DNA of 64,000 nucleotides from Escherichia coli (GTDB lineage Bacteria; Pseudomonadota; Gammaproteobacteria; Enterobacterales; Enterobacteriaceae): NCBI RefSeq assembly GCF_044647545.1, contig NZ_CP172818.1; one strand, 5' to 3'. Shown piece by piece: positions 51,852 to 64,000 of this stretch (position 1 is its first letter; each line of letters starts with the position of its first letter). The notes under the pieces were generated by a model. It saw only the letters and a program-made list of their open reading frames with translations, ran no database searches and was not told where the DNA came from. The position numbers and the translations under genes were made by a program.

Positions 51852-54137
51852 ATGAATCAGAATCTGCTGGTGACAAAGCGCGACGGTAGCACAGAGCGCA
51901 TCAATCTCGACAAAATCCATCGCGTTCTGGATTGGGCGGCAGAAGGACTGCATAACGTTTCGATTTCCCAGGTCGAACTGCGCTCCCACATTCAGTTTTA
52001 TGACGGTATCAAGACCTCTGACATCCACGAAACCATTATCAAGGCTGCCGCAGACCTGATCTCCCGTGATGCGCCGGATTATCAGTATCTCGCCGCGCGC
52101 CTGGCGATCTTCCACCTGCGTAAAAAAGCCTACGGCCAGTTTGAGCCGCCTGCGCTGTACGACCACGTGGTGAAAATGGTCGTGATGGGCAAATACGATA
52201 ATCATCTGCTGGAAGACTACACGGAAGAAGAGTTCAAGCAGATGGACACGTTTATCGATCACGACCGTGATATGACCTTCTCTTATGCTGCCGTTAAACA
52301 GCTGGAAGGCAAATATCTGGTGCAGAACCGCGTGACCGGCGAAATCTACGAAAGCGCCCAGTTCCTTTATATTCTGGTTGCCGCGTGCCTGTTCTCGAAC
52401 TACCCGCGTGAAACGCGCCTGCAATACGTGAAGCGTTTTTACGACGCGGTTTCCACATTTAAAATTTCGCTGCCGACGCCAATCATGTCCGGCGTGCGTA
52501 CCCCGACTCGTCAGTTCAGCTCCTGCGTACTGATCGAGTGCGGCGACAGCCTGGATTCCATTAACGCCACCTCCAGCGCGATTGTTAAATACGTTTCCCA
52601 GCGTGCCGGGATCGGCATCAATGCCGGGCGTATTCGTGCGCTGGGTAGCCCGATTCGCGGTGGCGAAGCGTTCCATACCGGTTGTATTCCGTTCTATAAG
52701 CATTTCCAGACAGCGGTGAAATCCTGCTCTCAGGGCGGTGTGCGTGGCGGTGCGGCAACGCTGTTCTACCCGATGTGGCATCTGGAAGTGGAAAGCCTGC
52801 TGGTGTTGAAAAACAACCGTGGTGTGGAAGGCAACCGCGTGCGTCATATGGACTACGGGGTTCAAATCAACAAACTGATGTATACCCGTCTGCTGAAAGG
52901 TGAAGATATCACTCTGTTCAGCCCGTCCGACGTACCGGGGCTGTACGACGCGTTCTTCGCCGATCAGGAAGAGTTTGAACGCCTGTATACCAAATATGAG
53001 AAAGACGACAGCATCCGCAAGCAGCGTGTGAAAGCCGTTGAGCTGTTCTCGCTGATGATGCAGGAACGTGCGTCTACCGGTCGTATCTATATTCAGAACG
53101 TTGACCACTGCAATACCCATAGCCCGTTTGATCCGGTCATCGCGCCAGTGCGCCAGTCTAACCTGTGCCTGGAAATCGCCCTGCCGACCAAACCGCTGAA
53201 CGACGTCAACGACGAGAACGGTGAAATCGCGCTGTGTACGCTGTCTGCTTTCAACCTGGGCGCAATTAACAGCCTGGATGAACTGGAAGAGCTGGCAATT
53301 CTGGCGGTTCGCGCACTCGACGCACTGCTGGATTATCAGGATTACCCGATCCCGGCCGCTAAACGTGGAGCGATGGGGCGTCGTACGCTGGGTATTGGTG
53401 TGATCAACTTCGCTTACTACCTGGCGAAGCACGGTAAACGCTACTCCGACGGCAGCGCCAACAACCTGACGCATAAAACCTTCGAAGCCATTCAGTATTA
53501 CCTGCTGAAAGCGTCTAATGAGCTGGCGAAAGAGCAAGGCGCGTGCCCGTGGTTTAACGAAACCACTTACGCGAAAGGGATCCTGCCGATCGATACCTAT
53601 AAGAAAGATCTGGATGCCATCGCTAATGAGCCGCTGCATTACGACTGGGAAGCACTGCGTGAGTCAATCAAAACGCACGGCCTGCGTAACTCCACGCTTT
53701 CTGCTCTGATGCCGTCAGAGACTTCTTCGCAGATCTCTAACGCCACTAACGGTATTGAACCGCCGCGTGGTTACGTCAGCATCAAAGCGTCGAAAGACGG
53801 TATTCTGCGCCAGGTGGTGCCGGACTACGAGCATCTGCACGACGCCTATGAGCTGCTGTGGGAAATGCCGGGTAACGATGGCTATCTGCAACTGGTGGGT
53901 ATCATGCAGAAATTTATCGATCAGTCGATCTCTGCTAACACCAACTACGATCCATCACGTTTCCCGTCAGGAAAAGTGCCGATGCAGCAGTTGCTGAAAG
54001 ACCTGCTCACCGCCTACAAATTCGGGGTCAAAACGCTGTATTATCAGAACACCCGTGACGGTGCTGAAGACGCACAAGACGATCTGGTGCCGTCAATCCA
54101 GGACGATGGCTGCGAAAGCGGCGCATGTAAGATCTGA
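51852..54137 (+). CDS. nrdA: Ribonucleoside-diphosphate reductase 1 alpha subunit NrdA
   Basis: 761-aa ORF with N-terminal ATP-cone and C-terminal Cys pair. Confidence 0.97.
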   Translation: MNQNLLVTKRDGSTERINLDKIHRVLDWAAEGLHNVSISQVELRSHIQFYDGIKTSDIHETIIKAAADLISRDAPDYQYLAARLAIFHLRKKAYGQFEPPALYDHVVKMVVMGKYDNHLLEDYTEEEFKQMDTFIDHDRDMTFSYAAVKQLEGKYLVQNRVTGEIYESAQFLYILVAACLFSNYPRETRLQYVKRFYDAVSTFKISLPTPIMSGVRTPTRQFSSCVLIECGDSLDSINATSSAIVKYVSQRAGIGINAGRIRALGSPIRGGEAFHTGCIPFYKHFQTAVKSCSQGGVRGGAATLFYPMWHLEVESLLVLKNNRGVEGNRVRHMDYGVQINKLMYTRLLKGEDITLFSPSDVPGLYDAFFADQEEFERLYTKYEKDDSIRKQRVKAVELFSLMMQERASTGRIYIQNVDHCNTHSPFDPVIAPVRQSNLCLEIALPTKPLNDVNDENGEIALCTLSAFNLGAINSLDELEELAILAVRALDALLDYQDYPIPAAKRGAMGRRTLGIGVINFAYYLAKHGKRYSDGSANNLTHKTFEAIQYYLLKASNELAKEQGACPWFNETTYAKGILPIDTYKKDLDAIANEPLHYDWEALRESIKTHGLRNSTLSALMPSETSSQISNATNGIEPPRGYVSIKASKDGILRQVVPDYEHLHDAYELLWEMPGNDGYLQLVGIMQKFIDQSISANTNYDPSRFPSGKVPMQQLLKDLLTAYKFGVKTLYYQNTRDGAEDAQDDLVPSIQDDGCESGACKI

Positions 54138-54146
54138 TTTTGAGAT

Positions 54147-54256
54147 GCCGGATGCGGCAACGCCTTATCTGGCCTACGGCTCGGTTTGTAGGCCTGATAA
54201 GACGCGCCAGCGTCGCATCAGGCACAGGATGCGGCGTAAAATGCCTTATCCGGCAT
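54147..54256. repeat. BIME/REP cluster (three REP-like units) between nrdA and nrdB
   Basis: TGCCGGATGCGGCAACGCCTTATCTGGCCTAC, GTAGGCCTGATAAGACGCGCCAGCGTCGCATCAGGCA, GGATGCGGCGTAAAATGCCTTATCCGGCA. Confidence 0.8.
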
Positions 54257-54279
54257 TAAACTCCCAACAGGACACATTC

Positions 54280-55410
54280 ATGGCATATACCACCTTTTCA
54301 CAGACGAAAAATGATCAGCTGAAAGAACCGATGTTCTTTGGTCAGCCGGTCAACGTGGCTCGCTACGATCAGCAAAAATATGACATCTTCGAAAAGCTGA
54401 TCGAAAAGCAGCTCTCTTTCTTCTGGCGTCCGGAAGAAGTTGACGTTTCTCGTGACCGTATCGATTACCAGGCACTGCCTGAACACGAAAAACACATCTT
54501 TATCAGCAACCTGAAATATCAGACGCTGCTGGACTCCATTCAGGGTCGCAGCCCGAACGTGGCACTGCTGCCGCTGATCTCGATCCCGGAACTGGAAACC
54601 TGGGTCGAAACCTGGGCGTTCTCAGAAACGATTCATTCCCGCTCCTATACCCATATCATCCGTAATATCGTTAACGATCCGTCAGTTGTCTTTGACGATA
54701 TCGTCACTAACGAGCAGATCCAGAAACGTGCGGAAGGGATCTCCAGCTATTACGATGAACTGATCGAAATGACCAGCTACTGGCATCTGCTGGGCGAAGG
54801 CACCCACACCGTCAACGGTAAAACCGTGACCGTTAGCCTACGTGAGCTGAAGAAAAAACTGTATCTCTGCCTGATGAGCGTTAACGCGCTGGAAGCGATT
54901 CGTTTCTATGTCAGCTTTGCTTGTTCTTTCGCATTTGCGGAACGCGAACTGATGGAAGGCAACGCCAAGATTATTCGCTTGATTGCCCGTGACGAAGCCC
55001 TACACCTGACCGGCACCCAGCATATGCTGAATCTGCTGCGCAGCGGCGCGGATGATCCGGAGATGGCGGAAATTGCCGAAGAATGTAAGCAGGAGTGCTA
55101 TGACCTGTTTGTCCAGGCGGCACAGCAAGAGAAAGACTGGGCGGATTATCTGTTCCGTGATGGTTCGATGATTGGTCTGAATAAAGACATCCTCTGCCAG
55201 TACGTTGAATACATCACCAATATCCGTATGCAGGCAGTCGGTTTGGATCTGCCGTTCCAGACGCGCTCCAACCCGATCCCGTGGATCAACACCTGGCTGG
55301 TGTCTGATAACGTGCAGGTTGCTCCGCAGGAAGTGGAAGTCAGTTCTTATCTGGTCGGTCAGATTGACGCGGAAGTGGACACCGACGATTTGAGTAACTT
55401 CCAGCTCTGA
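54280..55410 (+). CDS. nrdB: Ribonucleoside-diphosphate reductase 1 beta subunit NrdB
   Basis: ORF track starts at 54055 through the REP region; conserved start [11 protein letters not shown] at 54280 (376 aa). Confidence 0.95.
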   Translation: MAYTTFSQTKNDQLKEPMFFGQPVNVARYDQQKYDIFEKLIEKQLSFFWRPEEVDVSRDRIDYQALPEHEKHIFISNLKYQTLLDSIQGRSPNVALLPLISIPELETWVETWAFSETIHSRSYTHIIRNIVNDPSVVFDDIVTNEQIQKRAEGISSYYDELIEMTSYWHLLGEGTHTVNGKTVTVSLRELKKKLYLCLMSVNALEAIRFYVSFACSFAFAERELMEGNAKIIRLIARDEALHLTGTQHMLNLLRSGADDPEMAEIAEECKQECYDLFVQAAQQEKDWADYLFRDGSMIGLNKDILCQYVEYITNIRMQAVGLDLPFQTRSNPIPWINTWLVSDNVQVAPQEVEVSSYLVGQIDAEVDTDDLSNFQL

Positions 55411-55664
55411 TGGCCCGCGTTACCCTGCGCATTACTGGCACACAACTGCTGTGCCAGGATGAACACCCTTCCCTTCTGGCGGCGCTGGAATCCCACAATG
55501 TGGCGGTTGAGTACCAGTGCCGCGAAGGTTACTGCGGCTCCTGTCGCACCCGACTGGTCGCAGGCCAGGTGGACTGGATTGCCGAACCGTTAGCTTTTAT
55601 TCAGCCGGGGGAAATTTTGCCCTGTTGTTGCCGGGCAAAAGGCGATATTGAAATCGAGATGTGA
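55410..55664 (+). CDS. yfaE: 2Fe-2S ferredoxin YfaE (NrdB cofactor maintenance)
   Basis: 84-aa ORF with Cys cluster CREGYCGSC; start overlaps nrdB stop. Confidence 0.92.
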   Translation: MARVTLRITGTQLLCQDEHPSLLAALESHNVAVEYQCREGYCGSCRTRLVAGQVDWIAEPLAFIQPGEILPCCCRAKGDIEIEM

Positions 55665-55674
55665 ATTGGTTTTA

Positions 55675-55711
55675 ACGCCAGATACGACGCTTATACGTCT
55701 TATCTGGCCTA
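55675..55711. repeat. REP element between convergent yfaE and inaA
   Basis: GCCAGATACGACGCTTATACGTCTTATCTGGCCTAC palindrome. Confidence 0.7.
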
Positions 55712-55717
55712 CAACGA

Positions 55718-56368
55718 TTACATAGCGTAGTAATATGCTTTCACCTGCTCCCAGTCCGCTTTGGGGATCGGCTCCAGATATTTTTCCAGCTGGCGGAAGT
55801 CATGATTAATCGCTTTATCACGACGCAAGCGGCGACGACTTTTCTCCAGGTCAAGAAATCCAGCTTCTGCCTTACCTTCTGTTTTCACATAGATATGGCG
55901 AACATAACAACAGCCATGCTGACGATTAACGCTATGCATTTTCTTAAACGCCAGCGCCACTGCTTTCAACATGGCTTGCCGTACTTCGTCAGAATAAGGC
56001 GATACTGCATGCCGGGCATACCAGTCAGCAATGCTGATGAACCCCGCCATATCTTCAGTCACCAGCAACGCGCGCCATTCCCCCTCAATTTTCACCGCTT
56101 CACCAAAAACGATCTTCGGCACGATGACACCAGCCCGTTCCAGTTCTTTAATTACCGCAACCTCACGGACAATCGTTGGTCGACCGAACGGATAACGTAC
56201 GGAATGAAACAGATGATGCGTCATGCGCTTTACATATAGCTTTTTGCCGTTGCGCTCGACGCATTGCACCCCGCTCATACCATTACGGCGATAGTTAGGC
56301 TCTTCAACCCAGTCGCCCTCTGTTGCCCACCAGTGATTAAATTCGTCGTGCTTTGCTGAAACTGCCAT
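55718..56368 (-). CDS. inaA: Acid-inducible, mar/sox-regulon lipopolysaccharide kinase-like protein InaA
   Basis: 216-aa ORF matching InaA. Confidence 0.92.
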   Translation of the reverse strand: MAVSAKHDEFNHWWATEGDWVEEPNYRRNGMSGVQCVERNGKKLYVKRMTHHLFHSVRYPFGRPTIVREVAVIKELERAGVIVPKIVFGEAVKIEGEWRALLVTEDMAGFISIADWYARHAVSPYSDEVRQAMLKAVALAFKKMHSVNRQHGCCYVRHIYVKTEGKAEAGFLDLEKSRRRLRRDKAINHDFRQLEKYLEPIPKADWEQVKAYYYAM

Positions 56369-56538
56369 ACCCTATCGCCTGTCATTTTTTATTTACGACA
56401 ATGACTATAGGTGGTTACCTGCGAAAAATCTTAATGAAACGTGTCGTATTAATGAATTTCTTTTGCCGCTACTAGCATGACACCGCTTTTGCCCTTCATT
56501 TGCAGCGCATAGACTCCACCAGCCACTACCACTAATAG

Positions 56539-56811
56539 TGCACCCAGCAGATAAAATATGAATTTAATCACCCGGATACAGCGATCAGTTTTATTCGACA
56601 GGGATTAGGCATCGCCTTATTACCAGAGTTAACGCTGAAAACCATTGCAGATGAATTGTGTTCCGTTCCTCTCGAACCAACCTTCTATCGACAGATTTCG
56701 TTGCTGGCTAAAGAAAAGCCGGTAGAAGGCAGTCCACTGTTTTTACTACAAATGTGCACAGAACAATTAGTGGAGAGTGGAAAATTTGATATGAGACAGG
56801 ATGGCGCATGA
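56539..56811 (+). pseudogene. yfaH: Remnant of a LysR-family regulator gene (C-terminal ~90 codons only; yfaH-like)
   Basis: Open frame encoding ...AISFIRQGLGIALLPELTLKTIADELCSVPLEPTFYRQISLLAKEK..., typical of a LysR effector-domain C-terminus, with no N-terminal HTH. Confidence 0.6.
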
Positions 56812-56830
56812 ACGCCATCCTGCAGTAGCA

Positions 56831-57907
56831 TTACTCTTTATTAAGGAATTTTACTGCCTTATCAGGGAAATCAGTAAACAGCCCATTTACACCCGCTTTG
56901 TTATACAGAGCATCATATAACTGATTCACATCAGTAGTGTATTCAGGCAGCTTATCTGACCGCACGGTGTAAGGATGCACTACCAGTTTATTCTGCTGAG
57001 CATCTTGCACCATGCCAGTGAGTTTGATATTACCTGGCTGCGATGTCTCCTCAATCAACATATGGTAATCCGGACCAATACCATCAGCATATTCCGCCAC
57101 CTGTTTCATGGCCCCCGGCGTAAACATCCAGTCGTAGTTGTAATTAACCCAGCTTCCGTCCGGCTGTTTCTGCTGAGTTTCGTTCCAGTCGGTATAGGCA
57201 ATCAGCTGTACCAGATTGAGGTCCATGCCCATTTTAGGTTCCAGCTCATTCTTAATACGCTTCAGTTCATCGGCATCAAAACATTGCAAATAAACTTTGT
57301 CGTCCTTACCGGTGTAACCATATTTCTTCAGCACTTCCAGCGTTTTTGCCGCAATATCCTTCCCTTCCTGATGATGGAACCACGGCGCTTTAATCTCCGG
57401 GTAGATACCAATATTTTTCCCGGTAGAGTGATTTAACCCCTGAACAAATTCAATCTCTTCTTCAAAGGTGTGCACCCGGAAGTCGGACTTACCCATTGGG
57501 AAACGCCCCGGATAAGTCTGTACTTTCTTACCGTTTTCAATATCGAAACCTTCGGTAAATTTCAGTGACTTAATTTCATCGAGCGTGAAATCTATCGCGT
57601 AGTAACGACCGTCTTTGCGCGCCCGATCCGGGAAACGATCGGCAACATCAGTAACACGATCGAGATAATGGTCATGCAGAACAACCAGATGGTCGTCTTT
57701 GGTCATCACCAAATCCTGTTCCAGATAATCCGCTCCCTGCGCATACGCCATCGCTTTTGCTGGCAGCGTATGCTCCGGCAAATATCCACTGGCACCGCGA
57801 TGGGCGATGACTATTTTTTCGTTGCTGTCCGCCGCCATTGCACTGCTTCCCATGATCATTCCACTCATCATGATCGCCATGCTAAGGTTTTTCAGCGTCA
57901 ATTTCAT
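56831..57907 (-). CDS. glpQ: Periplasmic glycerophosphodiester phosphodiesterase GlpQ
   Basis: ORF track starts at 57964 (overlaps glpT); conserved start MKLTLKNLSMA at 57907 with signal peptide. Confidence 0.95.
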   Translation of the reverse strand: MKLTLKNLSMAIMMSGMIMGSSAMAADSNEKIVIAHRGASGYLPEHTLPAKAMAYAQGADYLEQDLVMTKDDHLVVLHDHYLDRVTDVADRFPDRARKDGRYYAIDFTLDEIKSLKFTEGFDIENGKKVQTYPGRFPMGKSDFRVHTFEEEIEFVQGLNHSTGKNIGIYPEIKAPWFHHQEGKDIAAKTLEVLKKYGYTGKDDKVYLQCFDADELKRIKNELEPKMGMDLNLVQLIAYTDWNETQQKQPDGSWVNYNYDWMFTPGAMKQVAEYADGIGPDYHMLIEETSQPGNIKLTGMVQDAQQNKLVVHPYTVRSDKLPEYTTDVNQLYDALYNKAGVNGLFTDFPDKAVKFLNKE

Positions 57908-57911
57908 GCCA

Positions 57912-59270
57912 TTAGCCTCCGTTGCGTTTTTGCAGTAATTCCTGATGGCGACGTTTTTCGCCAATCATCACAACAATCAACAAGATAACCGCCAGAATGC
58001 TGCCGCCAATCATTACCATAAAGCCGCCATCCCAGCCGAAGAAGTCCACGGTGTAGCCAACAATCGCGCTCGCCGCCACCGAACCGCCCAGGTAACCAAA
58101 CAGCCCGGTAAAGCCCGCTGCCGTACCTGCCGCTTTTTTCGGTGCCAGTTCCAGCGCATGCAGACCGATCAGCATCACAGGGCCGTAGATCAGGAAGCCG
58201 ATAACAATCATACAAATCATATCTACGGTTGGGTTACCTGCCGGGTTCATCCAGTAAACGATAGTCGCGATGGTCACCAGTGTCATAAAGAAGACGCCGG
58301 TGGCCCCACGGTTGCCACGGAAGACTTTATCCGACATCCAGCCGCACAGCAGGGTGCCCGGAATGCCCGCATACTCATAGAAGAAGTAGGCCCAGGAGGA
58401 TTTATCCAGCGCGAAGTGTTTCACCTCTTTCAGATAAGTCGGTGACCAGTCGAGGATGCCGTAACGCAGCAGATAAACGAACACGTTGGCGATAGCGATG
58501 TACCACAGCAGTTTGTTCGGCAGCACGTACTGCATGAAGATTTGCTTCGCCGTCAGCTCCTGTTCCGCTTTTTCGTTATAGTCGTCCGGATAATCATTTT
58601 TGTACTCTTCGATCGGCGGCAGGCCACAGGATTGCGGGGTATCGCGCATCATCGCAAAGGCGAACAGTGCCACCAGAATGGCGCAGAAAGCGGGCATATA
58701 GAGCGCCGCGTGCCAGTCATTGAACCAGGCCATCCCCAGCAGGAACAGCAGCGGCGGAATACCACCACCGACGTTGTGCGCACAGTTCCACACTGACACA
58801 ATGCCGCCACGTTCTTTCTGCGACCACCAGTGCACCATAGTACGACCGCACGGCGGCCATCCCATCCCCTGGAACCAACCGCAGAGGAACAACAGTACAA
58901 ACATCACCGCAATGCTCGACGTCGCCCACGGCACAAAGCCCATAAACAACATCACTGCCGCCGCCAGAATCAAACCTGCGGGCAGGAAAACGCGCGGATT
59001 CGAGCGATCCGATACCGAACCCATGATGAATTTCGAAAATCCATAAGCAATCGAGATCCCCGAAAGGGCAAAACCTAAATCACCGCGTGAGAATCCCTGC
59101 TCAACCAGATAAGGCATAGCGAGCGCAAAGTTCTTACGAACCAAATAGTAAGCAGCATAGCCAAAGAATATCCCCAGGAAAATTTGCCAGCGCAATCGAC
59201 GATAAGTCGGATCGATCTCCGCAGCAGGTAAGCGCGCTTTGTGTGGCGCTGGTTTAAAAATACTCAACAT
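57912..59270 (-). CDS. glpT: Glycerol-3-phosphate/phosphate antiporter GlpT (MFS)
   Basis: 452-aa polytopic membrane ORF. Confidence 0.96.
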   Translation of the reverse strand: MLSIFKPAPHKARLPAAEIDPTYRRLRWQIFLGIFFGYAAYYLVRKNFALAMPYLVEQGFSRGDLGFALSGISIAYGFSKFIMGSVSDRSNPRVFLPAGLILAAAVMLFMGFVPWATSSIAVMFVLLFLCGWFQGMGWPPCGRTMVHWWSQKERGGIVSVWNCAHNVGGGIPPLLFLLGMAWFNDWHAALYMPAFCAILVALFAFAMMRDTPQSCGLPPIEEYKNDYPDDYNEKAEQELTAKQIFMQYVLPNKLLWYIAIANVFVYLLRYGILDWSPTYLKEVKHFALDKSSWAYFFYEYAGIPGTLLCGWMSDKVFRGNRGATGVFFMTLVTIATIVYWMNPAGNPTVDMICMIVIGFLIYGPVMLIGLHALELAPKKAAGTAAGFTGLFGYLGGSVAASAIVGYTVDFFGWDGGFMVMIGGSILAVILLIVVMIGEKRRHQELLQKRNGG

Positions 59271-59380
59271 TGAAAGCCTCCGTGGCCCGTGGTCTTATTT
59301 ATGATTAACAGACTGATTCAGTGGGAGAACCTGCCGTTTCTTGAGTTGCCGCGATGTTAAGAAAACATTCATAAATTAAA

Positions 59381-59396
59381 TGTGAATTACCGCACA
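59381..59396. promoter_or_regulatory. CRP-like site (TGTGAATTACCGCACA) in the divergent glpTQ / glpACB control region
   Basis: TGTGA-N6-GCACA; region 59271-59542 also holds CGAA/TTCG-rich repeats consistent with GlpR operators. Confidence 0.55.
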
Positions 59397-59542
59397 CATT
59401 ATTAAATACGATGGTTTAAATGTTCAGAATGACGCATGAAATCACGTTTCACTTTCGAATTATGAGCGAATATGCGCGAAATCAAACAATTCATGTTTTT
59501 ACTATGGCTAAATGGTAAAAAACGAACTTCAGAGGGATAACA

Positions 59543-63607
<4,065 letters not shown>

Positions 63608-63618
63608 ACTCCTTTCTG

Positions 63619-63653
63619 ATGCCCGGTAAGCATGTTGTTACCGGGCATTTTTG
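63619..63653 (+). terminator. Rho-independent terminator of glpACB
   Basis: TGCCCGGTAA-loop-TTACCGGGCA stem followed by TTTTT. Confidence 0.8.
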
Positions 63654-63799
63654 CGTGCACGATTCCGCGCTCAATGTATACGTTGCAACGCAGTGAAAAT
63701 TCCTCTGAAAACGTCTCGCAAAGACTGAAACTGGCAGATGTCAAAGGCCTGGGATAACCGTAATGTCGCGTCATCATAAATATCAGGTGACGGACAACC

Positions 63800-64000
63800 A
63801 TGACCGAATCAACAACCTCCTCCCCGCATGATGCGGTATTTAAAACCTTTATGTTCACACCCGAAACCGCACGGGATTTTCTCGAAATACATTTACCAGA
63901 ACCACTGCGCAAGCTTTGCAACCTGCAAACCTTACGCCTGGAACCCACCAGTTTTATTGAAAAAAGTTTACGCGCTTACTACTCGGATGTTTTGTGGTCG
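63800..64000 (+). CDS. yfaD: Rpn-family recombination-promoting nuclease YfaD/RpnE, 5' end only (continues beyond window)
   Basis: ATG at 63800 opens [39 protein letters not shown]..., matching the YfaD N-terminus; truncated by the window edge. Confidence 0.75.
   Translation, partial: MTESTTSSPHDAVFKTFMFTPETARDFLEIHLPEPLRKLCNLQTLRLEPTSFIEKSLRAYYSDVLWS

Noticed and set aside
56400-56538. Possible mar/sox/rob box upstream of inaA
   Set aside because: inaA is known to be in the mar-sox regulon, but I could not confidently place the degenerate 20-bp box by eye, so no coordinate is reported.

Overview
This window is a contiguous, core-chromosome segment of Escherichia coli in K-12-like gene order: ccmH(5' end)-ccmGFEDCBA-napCBHGADF (minus strand), eco, mqo, yojI, alkB-ada, apbE, ompC, micF, rcsD-rcsB, rcsC, atoSC-atoDAEB, yfaP-yfaQ-yfaS-yfaT-yfaA, gyrA, ubiG, yfaL, nrdA-nrdB-yfaE, inaA, a LysR-family gene remnant, glpQ-glpT, glpA-glpB-glpC, and the 5' end of yfaD/rpnE. 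Coding density is high and I see no IS element, integrase, prophage, CRISPR array, tRNA or rRNA. Gene calls rest on the supplied six-frame ORFs matched against protein sequences I recall; where the ORF track begins upstream of the conserved N-terminus I give the internal start. Hand-read motif coordinates may be off by 1-2 bp. The most notable observations are: (1) the five-gene envelope operon yfaA-yfaT-yfaS-yfaQ-yfaP, built around a thioester-less alpha-2-macroglobulin-like protein with four partners of unknown function, which is the best candidate for an under-described system here; (2) a single in-frame TAG inside yfaS; (3) GyrA carrying Leu83 and Asn87, the classic fluoroquinolone-resistance genotype; (4) a frameshift splitting the yfaL autotransporter into passenger and barrel ORFs; (5) an ompC allele that differs from the K-12 sequence as I remember it. 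The strain is therefore not wild-type MG1655.
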